A stretch of 16,329 bases of DNA from a virus. Its lineage: Duplodnaviria; Heunggongvirae; Uroviricota; Caudoviricetes. The stretch lies in the IMG/VR virus record IMGVR_UViG_3300044798_000244, positions 64,001-80,329 of that record. One strand, written 5' to 3'. Positions 1 to 7,224 of the stretch are shown piece by piece. The translations under genes were made by a program, and so were the position numbers. Position 1 is the first letter of the stretch. Every line of letters starts with the position of its first letter. The notes beneath the pieces were generated by a model. It was not told the DNA's origin. It made no database searches and worked only from the letters and a program-made list of their open reading frames with translations.

Positions 1-757
1 CGGATTTCTGAATAATATCACTACTGATCTGCTGTAATCGTGTTTCAGGGAGATTGATCTTAGCCTTCTGAACAACAATCAACTGATCCACTAAACCTTG
101 AAGTTTTTGGTGTTTCTTTCCAAGTTCTACCTTCTTACTCTCAAGTTCGTCGGCCTGATTGATCAATAGTTCGAGTTTCTCCAGATCAACTGCTGAGATA
201 GCAGAGAACTTCTCTCGTGCAGACGTCAGTTCTGCCTCCTTATCCGTCATGCTTCCTTTGCACGAACGAATCCTCGATGTGATAATGTCCGAGACCTTAT
301 CGATTTGCTCCATTCCTGTGACCTGTCGAATCTGAGTAGCAACAGAGCCTGGGCTATCAAACACGAGGAAGTATGGAGCGAACTGAGATTGGATATTTGT
401 CTCTCGGAGATTTAGGGCTTGGAGAATGTCCTCCGGTGGATTACTACCAAAGGCCGTGAAGGGATATTCAGTAGCACCATTTAGAATATACGCGTTCTTT
501 GTCTTACTTCGTATCCTCTCAACTGTAACTACTGTCCCGTTAGTCTTCTTCTCTTCCAGTAAGACATCAGCTTCATCCTGACCATTGCGAATGAATTGCA
601 CACCAAGAGGCCTATTAGTCAGTGCCCAATTCACTGAACGGACACAGGCGGTCTTGCCCGCATTAGACTGTCCTACAATCACGTTAACACCAGAGCCTAG
701 TTCAATGACCGAGTCCTGGTGGGATTGAAAGTTCCGAATTCTAAGCTTAGTCAGCAT
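1..757 (-). CDS. SbcC/Rad50/gp46-like ABC-ATPase, N-terminal part (runs off the left edge; absent from the ORF track)
   Basis: Manual translation from ATG at 757: MLTKLRIRNFQSHQDSVIELGSGVNVIVGQSNAGKTACVRSVNWALTNRP...NIQSQFAPYFLVFDSPG..., then coiled-coil-like sequence. Typical 'I.NFQSH' start and Walker A GQSNAGKT. Open to base 1. ATG overlaps the stop of the upstream ruvC-like gene. Confidence 0.9.
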   Translation of the reverse strand, partial: MLTKLRIRNFQSHQDSVIELGSGVNVIVGQSNAGKTACVRSVNWALTNRPLGVQFIRNGQDEADVLLEEKKTNGTVVTVERIRSKTKNAYILNGATEYPFTAFGSNPPEDILQALNLRETNIQSQFAPYFLVFDSPGSVATQIRQVTGMEQIDKVSDIITSRIRSCKGSMTDKEAELTSAREKFSAISAVDLEKLELLINQADELESKKVELGKKHQKLQGLVDQLIVVQKAKINLPETRLQQISSDIIQKS

Positions 758-1476
758 GAGACGTATCTAGCAAAAGGCCTATCTAAAATGTTGACAGGAT
801 GGGCTTTAGTCACTCGGTTGAACACTCGGATTTGATTCTCCTTGAGGTCACAGAGCATAATCTGACCTCTCCGTAGAAACATCTCGGTCCTGAGTAGCTG
901 TGCCAACCAATACGCATCGGTCAAGTCAGTCCCTGGACCATCATACTCCTCAACCTTTGTTGGATTCTTAATTCCAACTTTCTTCGAGATGGTCTTGAGA
1001 AGAGCTTTGGGGAAGAAGACACTTCCTTTTTGATCTATAATAGGCAGCTGGTCAACCATATCCTTCTTCAGGGCATGGCCATTAGCGGCCCCAAACAGCT
1101 TCACACTATCTGGATCGTGGAGCCGAAGAAGTCCACCCCCGGCCAGGAACATATTCTTTACGATTCCGGTCTGTTCTGCTATTTCAGCAAATCTAGTGGA
1201 CTGACTCGCATAGCCGTAGTCTTCGATAGCAACAGTAAAAGCATCTGTAGGCCAGACTTGATTAGTTAGGAAGTGGAGGATTTCTTTGATCCGGAAGAAG
1301 TGCTCAGTCTCATGATCGAGATCCTTCGGCATCTTATAGAACAGGCAGTGCTTCGGATCAATAGCTTCGAACTTCTTCACATCTATCATGTAGGAATAGT
1401 TCACTACAGATCCAGAATCATCAAGCTCGACAAATCCAAAATGTCGCAGAGAAATATCAAGTCCGAATATTCGCAT
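751..1476 (-). CDS. ruvC: RuvC-like Holliday junction resolvase (long, 241 aa)
   Basis: RNase H-fold acidic motifs: IFGLD (first Asp), VAIEDY (Glu), helix EIAEQTGIVK, and DLTDAY (paired Asp). TGATG overlap with the recA stop. Confidence 0.8.
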   Translation of the reverse strand: MRIFGLDISLRHFGFVELDDSGSVVNYSYMIDVKKFEAIDPKHCLFYKMPKDLDHETEHFFRIKEILHFLTNQVWPTDAFTVAIEDYGYASQSTRFAEIAEQTGIVKNMFLAGGGLLRLHDPDSVKLFGAANGHALKKDMVDQLPIIDQKGSVFFPKALLKTISKKVGIKNPTKVEEYDGPGTDLTDAYWLAQLLRTEMFLRRGQIMLCDLKENQIRVFNRVTKAHPVNILDRPFARYVSC

Positions 1477-2606
1477 CAGAACACCCTCTGCTTACGAGGT
1501 TCCATTCGATACACCTCTTCCCAGACCTTAGCAACATACTTCCGAAGATTGATCTCCTGATTATGCTCTTCTATCCATCCAACCCACTCCATCATTCGTT
1601 TAGAGACGAACTTAGCAGTACCACCACAGCTACAAGGACCTTCAATCGTTTGGATTGCTCCACACTTGTCACAGACCGGAATCTTTACCTGGCAGGTCAT
1701 CTTGTAGGACTCTTCGATTCCTGTATCATTTTCAGCCAGGAAGGAAAGACTTGATACAATATCATCCATTCCATAATCAAAGAGAATTTTGAACTTCCCT
1801 GACCGAAACGGAGGAGCAACCTTGTTCTTAGAAACTTTGAACTTCACCCAAATACCTATCTCTTTGTTGGCGGAGTTGGTTACTTTTTTATCGTGCTTCA
1901 GATATAGCCGGACTGAAGTGTAGAACTCAGGTCCCCGACCACCTGTAGTTGTCTCACCTCCAAAGGGAGATCCAACATCATCTCGAGTCTGATCAATGAT
2001 AAAGAGAGTCATCCCTTTATGAGCTAAGTCGTGAGTGTATTTCCGAAGACCAAGTCCAATCTGCTTGGGACGGGTTGCACCATATCCTTGTTTGTCCATG
2101 GACTTTTCGGCTTCCCAGGCGGTCGGAAGAACAGTGAGGGTATCAACAACCCCGAACTTCGGTTTACGAGTGGGCAATTCAAGAATGCCTCCGAGCCAAC
2201 CATCGAACAACTCTTCGACAGTTGTTGGCTGATCACCTTTCTTATACGACTCACCTTTACTCTTGACATACCCATAATAGAAGTTCTCATGATGACAATC
2301 CAGACCATAAATCTTAGCAAAGGTCGGATCGAATGTATGCTCAACATCAGCTAAAAACGCATGATTTCCAGATCGTAAAGCATATCCCATTGCAGTCGTC
2401 GCAATCACGGTCTTAGCAGTACTGGCCCCACCATAAACTTGTATGATCCTTCCTACAGGAAAACCACCAGGAGACCGATTTGAAACTGCTAAATCCAGAA
2501 CTTGGCACCCTGAAGAGCACCAATTAGTAACTTCTGGAAGATCAACAAAGTCAACAGCTTCTGCCGTCTTCTTGATTTCTTGTGCAAGATCTTGTGTCTC
2601 ACCCAT
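1476..2606 (-). CDS. recA: RecA/UvsX-family recombinase
   Basis: SSGCQVLDLAV..GGFPVGRI, Walker A variant GGASTAKT, DVEHTFDP (catalytic Glu), Walker B VVDT, IDQTR, TTGGRG.EFY.SVRL and KNKVAPPF signature. Confidence 0.95.
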   Translation of the reverse strand: MGETQDLAQEIKKTAEAVDFVDLPEVTNWCSSGCQVLDLAVSNRSPGGFPVGRIIQVYGGASTAKTVIATTAMGYALRSGNHAFLADVEHTFDPTFAKIYGLDCHHENFYYGYVKSKGESYKKGDQPTTVEELFDGWLGGILELPTRKPKFGVVDTLTVLPTAWEAEKSMDKQGYGATRPKQIGLGLRKYTHDLAHKGMTLFIIDQTRDDVGSPFGGETTTGGRGPEFYTSVRLYLKHDKKVTNSANKEIGIWVKFKVSKNKVAPPFRSGKFKILFDYGMDDIVSSLSFLAENDTGIEESYKMTCQVKIPVCDKCGAIQTIEGPCSCGGTAKFVSKRMMEWVGWIEEHNQEINLRKYVAKVWEEVYRMEPRKQRVF

Positions 2607-3150
2607 TACTTCCCACCCCTATATTTTCTTCTCTTGAGGCCTCAGTCTCATGCTCCACTGCTGTATGTCTACGGAGGTCATTGATTCGTTCCTCTGTTAC
2701 CTTTACTAGACCAGATTTCTGTGGAGCCATATCATCTTTGGTCGAGAAGTACTCATGGATGTAAAGAGCAACAGCATCTTTAATCATTGATTTCCGCTGT
2801 TCAGCAGCAGCGATGAGTACATTCGCACAGTCGGCCAGATACTGTGCCTCTGTAGCTGATTGTAGTGCTCTACGGTAGTCATCATGGGTAATAACTCCAT
2901 CTTCAAGTGCCGACTCCGTGAGCTTAGCAATCCCATACGCTCCAGTATTCTCACGTATTGCCTTCCTGAGCCGAGAGTGCTCTAGATCCAAGAAGTCTTT
3001 GGCATTGCGAGCATCTCTCTTCAGCTCTGAAACGAACTCACCAACGTCAGCATACATAGCGGCTTGGCCAACGCATTCTTCATCCAGGCGGGTTCGGTCG
3101 ATGGGCATTCTAGACTTCAGCTCACGGAGTCGGTCTTGTAGTACGGACAT
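2599..3150 (-). CDS. UvsY-like recombination mediator (helical)
   Basis: IDRTRLDEECVGQAAMY...AEQRKSMIKD resembles the T4 UvsY pattern (ID.T.L..E......LY ... AI..R...IK) as recalled. Lies between the gp32-like ssb and recA. Confidence 0.65.
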   Translation of the reverse strand: MSVLQDRLRELKSRMPIDRTRLDEECVGQAAMYADVGEFVSELKRDARNAKDFLDLEHSRLRKAIRENTGAYGIAKLTESALEDGVITHDDYRRALQSATEAQYLADCANVLIAAAEQRKSMIKDAVALYIHEYFSTKDDMAPQKSGLVKVTEERINDLRRHTAVEHETEASREENIGVGSNG

Positions 3151-3154
3151 GGTC

Positions 3155-4228
3155 TTATACTCCTTGTTTCAATTGAGCAATACGGTCACGAACTTCAGGG
3201 CTCACTCCACCAGCAGGAGCAGAAGCCTCACCACGGGAGCGAGTCTCTCCACCAGGAACTTCAGCTTCACCCCGGGCACGAGTCTCTGCTACTATTACCC
3301 CTGAAGGACCATTAACCCGCTGGACTTCAACAGATTGAATTGGTGTTTGAGCAACAACCGGCGGAGAGGTCGGAGACTGAACAGCGGCCTGAGGAAGCGG
3401 CGTCTGCGGTGGTGTAGCTTGTGGAACCTGCCCTCGGGTCTCAGAAGCCGGATCCTGAACAACACCAGGATTAGCTTCTCCAGGACTTCTTGCCCCACCA
3501 CGAACCTCACTACCACGCGTCTCAGAGGAAGGAACTGAGAGCTGTGCGAGCTCTGTAGATACCTCAGCATAATCCGGTTTCAAGATAAACTCTTCAAAGT
3601 CATCTGGAGCGTTCTTGTACCAGGACTCCGGAGGCTTCTCACCCGGCATCAACCTAAAAGCCAAATACTTAGTATTCAGACCTGAACCAACTCGATCGAA
3701 CACAACGTCCATACCTTCATCACGCGAGCTGATGTCAATAGTTCGTTGGGTTCGAGGATCCGTAGACAGTGCTACAATACCGTCCTTAATTGCCACTGGA
3801 GCATCAAACCACAGAAGACCCTTCCTCTCGGTATCAGCGCTGCGGGTGTCATAGACAAAAAACAAGTACCGAGAGCTTGGCCACAGCTCTTTGATACGAG
3901 CATCATCAGGATTGGCGGCCTTCAACTTCTCGGACAGGTCACACACAGCACACCGCTCTCCGTACATCTTCTTGGAGCAGATGTAGGTCCGATCATCAGC
4001 ACCAACATGGTGGTGAATATAAATCGGCTTTCCGTAGAAGGGCTTCTTATCAATTGGATATTTTGAGAAGTGAAGGTCAATGACCCTCATAAAATTAGAG
4101 CCAGGCATCGCCTTGTACTGCTGGATCCCTACTCGTTCCAGGGCTCTAACATCAACATAGTTAAACTTGCCTGAAGTACCTTCTCGAGTCTTTCTCTGTT
4201 CATCTGCAATTGATTCTTGACGACCCAT
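3155..4228 (-). CDS. ssb: gp32-like single-stranded DNA-binding protein with a long low-complexity C-terminal tail
   Basis: Zn-site-like HHHVGADDRTYICSKKMYGERCAVC (H..C-x8-C-x2-C), RYLFFVYD, LLWFDAP, EGMDVVFDRVGSGLNTKY. Followed by about 125 aa of P/Q/G/R-rich tail. Confidence 0.85.
   Translation of the reverse strand: MGRQESIADEQRKTREGTSGKFNYVDVRALERVGIQQYKAMPGSNFMRVIDLHFSKYPIDKKPFYGKPIYIHHHVGADDRTYICSKKMYGERCAVCDLSEKLKAANPDDARIKELWPSSRYLFFVYDTRSADTERKGLLWFDAPVAIKDGIVALSTDPRTQRTIDISSRDEGMDVVFDRVGSGLNTKYLAFRLMPGEKPPESWYKNAPDDFEEFILKPDYAEVSTELAQLSVPSSETRGSEVRGGARSPGEANPGVVQDPASETRGQVPQATPPQTPLPQAAVQSPTSPPVVAQTPIQSVEVQRVNGPSGVIVAETRARGEAEVPGGETRSRGEASAPAGGVSPEVRDRIAQLKQGV
3225..3287. repeat. 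Imperfect 39-bp tandem repeat (2 copies) in the ssb tail, encoding ETRARGEAEVPGG / ETRSRGEASAPAG
   Basis: gcctcaccacgggagcgagtctct at 3225 and gcttcaccccgggcacgagtctct at 3264; period 39 bp = 13 aa. Confidence 0.8.
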
Positions 4229-4301
4229 TGTTTGGAACCCTTAAAAAAGTAACTTGTTACTGGCTAACTTGTACCAGTGCATATCTGATGGTGTACATTC
4301 A

Positions 4302-5276
4302 TTATACTGTTCGAAGAGGCGGAAGGTATGGATTCTCGGCAAAGCATGCTTGAGCCACAAGGGCCCCCAATTGAGCCCTACTTCCGTAAAAAACACTCAC
4401 TGAAAAGATCCGAATCAGATGTGCCAGGTCAAGTGCCTCCCTCGCATCAGAAGAGGTAACCAGCTTTTTATACAAATATCCTAAAATGGACTTCCTAACG
4501 ACTTCGGGTTCCTCTGCGATCTTATCAAAGGTCTGAATAATCACTTGCCACTTCTGCTGACGCACCAGAGGAGAACCATACATCAATTTGCATATCTCAA
4601 TGACCTGGACATCTTTCTCTGTGCCCTTCACCAGCATCTGAAATGCTTCATCTACATTAGTAATGTCCTTGAGTGCTTCCAGAGATACCAGAGCTGCTCT
4701 CGGTGAACCTTCACAAGTACAAGCAATGCCCTGGATGATCTGTGGGTCTACTTTGAAGCCCTTCTTCTGACAGGCACAGTCCAAAAGAGCAATGATCTTC
4801 AATTCACCTAACTTCGAGACCTCATATGGTGTACATCGATTCCGGACAGTAAGAATAAGACTATTCGGATCAGTAGTACAAAGGACGAAGTAGCAGTGAA
4901 CAGGTGGCTCCTCAAGTACCTTCAGAAAAGCTTCCTGGGCAGCCTTGGTCAACTCATGACACTCGTCAATGATGTAGGTTTTAGGCTTGCCTCCCAGAGA
5001 GGACAATCCGGCCTGGGCACTAATCTCTCTTACAGTATCAATACCTCTGGTGTTGGCTGCGTTGTACTCAAAGATGCTATTCTCATCTGACCCAAACTCA
5101 TGGGCCAGAATTCGCCCGAGAGTAGTCTTTCCACATCCAGAAGGTCCAAAGAAGAGAATGGCATGGGGACGAGTGGGGCTCTTGAGCATCTTCGCAAGAG
5201 CCCCAACAGTCGTTTCATTTCCAACCACTTCGGCAAGACAGGTCGGACGAAGTTCTTGATACAATCCTACTGACAC
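4302..5276 (-). CDS. dnaX: DnaX (gamma/tau)-like AAA+ clamp-loader subunit
   Basis: LYQELRP..LAEVVGN, Walker A GPSGCGKT, Walker B IIDECH, LKVLEEPP, arginine-finger NRC (SRC-like). Start reassigned to GTG at 5276 because AAGGAG lies 7 nt upstream; the track's 5330 start overlaps the previous gene. Confidence 0.9.
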   Translation of the reverse strand: MSVGLYQELRPTCLAEVVGNETTVGALAKMLKSPTRPHAILFFGPSGCGKTTLGRILAHEFGSDENSIFEYNAANTRGIDTVREISAQAGLSSLGGKPKTYIIDECHELTKAAQEAFLKVLEEPPVHCYFVLCTTDPNSLILTVRNRCTPYEVSKLGELKIIALLDCACQKKGFKVDPQIIQGIACTCEGSPRAALVSLEALKDITNVDEAFQMLVKGTEKDVQVIEICKLMYGSPLVRQQKWQVIIQTFDKIAEEPEVVRKSILGYLYKKLVTSSDAREALDLAHLIRIFSVSVFYGSRAQLGALVAQACFAENPYLPPLRTV

Positions 5277-5287
5277 GCATGTACTCC

Positions 5288-6316
5288 TTAGACTTTCTCG
5301 TGCTTTGTCAACTGATGGCACGAGGGGCATAAGTTGTATTCGTGAGTAACTCTACCAGCAATGCTCTGAAGGGCCCGGGCACCAGAGGTGGACATCTTCG
5401 AAGAGTAAGTACCAACCCTCGTGATGCTGTTCCAAATATCGTACATTGTTTTTGGGCCTGCCCCACCATTTTGTGTGGCAGCTTCAGCAACGATCTCCTT
5501 CTGTGTCCGGACCGGGATGCCAAACTTGCGAAACAGGCTGGCCAGCGTATCAGGAACATGGCCTTCAACTCCGACCTCGGTCAGATGCTTAATACGATCA
5601 AACTCACCATTGAGAGCCCCCAACGAGCCTTGCGTAGCATTTCGGACCCAAGGACTAATAGGCTCGTTACTATCACTGCGGTGTGACCACTGGCTGATGT
5701 TCTCATATACAATGGCACCGTTGACACAGATGGCCCGACAAATGTACGGAGCGATCTCGATCTTGTGTTCTCCGATAATGGAATTCTGAAGGTCAATTCC
5801 ACCATGAAGAACATCGCCGGTGATGGTTTCAAATACGCGATCAGTAACAATAGAAATGCGTGAGTGATCCAAGCGACTGAACACCTGATGATAACCCAGG
5901 ACGTGATCGGCACCAATGATCTCCTCAGCAGCACCAAGGAGTTCAGTGTTGTTGTAGTACTGCGGACGATTGGCATTACAGCCAACAACTACACCATCGT
6001 AAAGAAAGAACCTAAGTTTACCATTAGCACCACCTCGATACCAGTGGTCCAAGTTTCGGAACAGAAGGTCTGTCGGGCACTTCCTGCTGTAAGACTCAGG
6101 AATACCAACACCTCGAGCGGCTTCTTGCAGACCTTCGGTCGTCATCTGGTGTTCCTTTTTGTTGAGGGTAATGACTGGGGCACCTTTATCATCTGTCTTG
6201 AAGAAGATCTCCGACTTCAATCCAAGCTCCGCATCTACATGTGTGAGCCCCTCAGTAGGTTCAAGGATCTTCGTCACTTGTTCCCGGGTCATGAGGTTAA
6301 GTACTGGCTGTGACAT
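5288..6316 (-). CDS. DUF932-like protein
   Basis: GGIDLQNS....H...I...ICRAICVNGAI and YDIWNSIT resemble the DUF932 'NS.DG...RLVC.NG' core as recalled. GGAGG lies 10 nt upstream of the ATG. Confidence 0.7.
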   Translation of the reverse strand: MSQPVLNLMTREQVTKILEPTEGLTHVDAELGLKSEIFFKTDDKGAPVITLNKKEHQMTTEGLQEAARGVGIPESYSRKCPTDLLFRNLDHWYRGGANGKLRFFLYDGVVVGCNANRPQYYNNTELLGAAEEIIGADHVLGYHQVFSRLDHSRISIVTDRVFETITGDVLHGGIDLQNSIIGEHKIEIAPYICRAICVNGAIVYENISQWSHRSDSNEPISPWVRNATQGSLGALNGEFDRIKHLTEVGVEGHVPDTLASLFRKFGIPVRTQKEIVAEAATQNGGAGPKTMYDIWNSITRVGTYSSKMSTSGARALQSIAGRVTHEYNLCPSCHQLTKHEKV

Positions 6317-6406
6317 ACTTTGTGTACCTCCAAAAAGGTGTTTATTTACGGAAGATTATACTGGTCTCACAAGCAAGAATCTCTCGAGAAAATTCCTATA
6401 TTCTAG

Positions 6407-6435
6407 TTGGCTTTCGGACTAGTTGACTATATACT
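6407..6435 (+). promoter_or_regulatory. Sigma70-type promoter, rightward (92-aa gene)
   Basis: TTGGCT (6407-6412), 17 nt, TATACT (6430-6435), upstream of the AGGAG and ATG at 6490. Confidence 0.55.
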
Positions 6436-6454
6436 ATATATTGTAGACAGTCAA
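6426..6454 (-). promoter_or_regulatory. Sigma70-type promoter, leftward (DUF932-dnaX-ssb-uvsY-recA-ruvC-sbcC)
   Basis: Minus strand reads TTGACT (6454-6449), 17 nt, TATAGT (6431-6426), within the only long intergenic gap. Confidence 0.7.
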
Positions 6455-6489
6455 TAAGGCAACCAAAACCTAAGTCAGGAGATACGAAG

Positions 6490-6768
6490 ATGAATCAAAA
6501 TCCGGAGAATATCACAAACAAAGACAAAGCGATTGAGTTCTTCAAGAAAACCCAAGAACTCATGACTACTTTGTGGGCTCGGTGGCAGGATGAGAAGCAG
6601 TACGAAGACATCAAGGACTACCAGATGCCTCTCAATACAATTGCTACCTCGTGCGGGGTGACAATCATGAAAATGAACAAGCGACCTTTTGGTTGTGATA
6701 TCCAAGTTGGGGATCAGGCATTCCAACTGAGGATCAACAGTCAGAACTACTCACTAGTAACTCGATAG
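6490..6768 (+). CDS. Hypothetical protein (92 aa), the only plus-strand gene
   Basis: AGGAG 8 nt upstream of the ATG, own candidate promoter, and fills a gap with no long minus-strand ORF. Motif LWARWQDEKQYEDIKDY. Confidence 0.8.
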   Translation: MNQNPENITNKDKAIEFFKKTQELMTTLWARWQDEKQYEDIKDYQMPLNTIATSCGVTIMKMNKRPFGCDIQVGDQAFQLRINSQNYSLVTR

Positions 6769-7224
6769 TTGAGTCCCTGCAATGGCCACCTGATACGCCT
6801 TTATCTTGGGTGGCCATTGCAATTCGTGACTAATCGACCACATTGTCTCTGTAACATTCACTCCCATCGCCTCGGGACAAGTTGTAACGAACAGCCCTAG
6901 ATGCTCAGCCTGAAAGGCTTCTATCTCCCGTCGAAGAACCTTCCGAGCGGAGCCCTGCCAGTAGAGACAACATTGTTTCTGTCTGTCTGACCACTCAGGG
7001 TGCATCATTCCCATTCTCTTCAGATGCTTCTCTATATCAAAGACGTTCCAAATGACCCACGTTGGTTTGGTCCAATCGAAAATTTGTGTAACCAGAGGAC
7101 ATCCTGGTGGACATGAAGATCTCTTTCCAAAGTTAGGACACCCCTTCGGATGACCAGGATATGATTTGTAGCACAGATCTCTAACGGAAGGATCTATAAT
7201 CAGATGTACCTCTGCATATGGCAT
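6754..7224 (-). CDS. DUF2284-like predicted metal-binding (Cys-rich) protein
   Basis: VRDLC...GCPNFGKRSSCPPGCP, QCCLYWQ and CPEAMGVNVTET match the recalled DUF2284 pattern (C..CPNYG...CPP; EA.GIDV..T). TGATG coupling to the polA stop and GAGGTG upstream favour ATG at 7224 (alternative GTG at 7227). Confidence 0.65.
   Translation of the reverse strand: MPYAEVHLIIDPSVRDLCYKSYPGHPKGCPNFGKRSSCPPGCPLVTQIFDWTKPTWVIWNVFDIEKHLKRMGMMHPEWSDRQKQCCLYWQGSARKVLRREIEAFQAEHLGLFVTTCPEAMGVNVTETMWSISHELQWPPKIKAYQVAIAGTQLSSY

Noticed and set aside
1-4140. GATC and 6-bp restriction palindromes appear unavoided (e.g. GAATTC 736, AAGCTT 743, GGATCC 3450; GATC looks mildly abundant)
   Set aside because: This is compatible with chemically protected DNA but can be explained by codon usage. 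A Markov-corrected k-mer analysis on the full genome is needed, which I cannot run.
4301-4306. Perfect TATAAT upstream of ssb (minus strand)
   Set aside because: There is no -35 at 16-18 nt and no TGn extension. It is formed by the Val codon and stop of dnaX and may be chance.
5277-5330. N-terminal MPLVPSVDKARESLRSTC extension of DnaX from the ORF track
   Set aside because: It overlaps the upstream gene. The AAGGAG-GTG start at 5276 gives the family-typical N-terminus.
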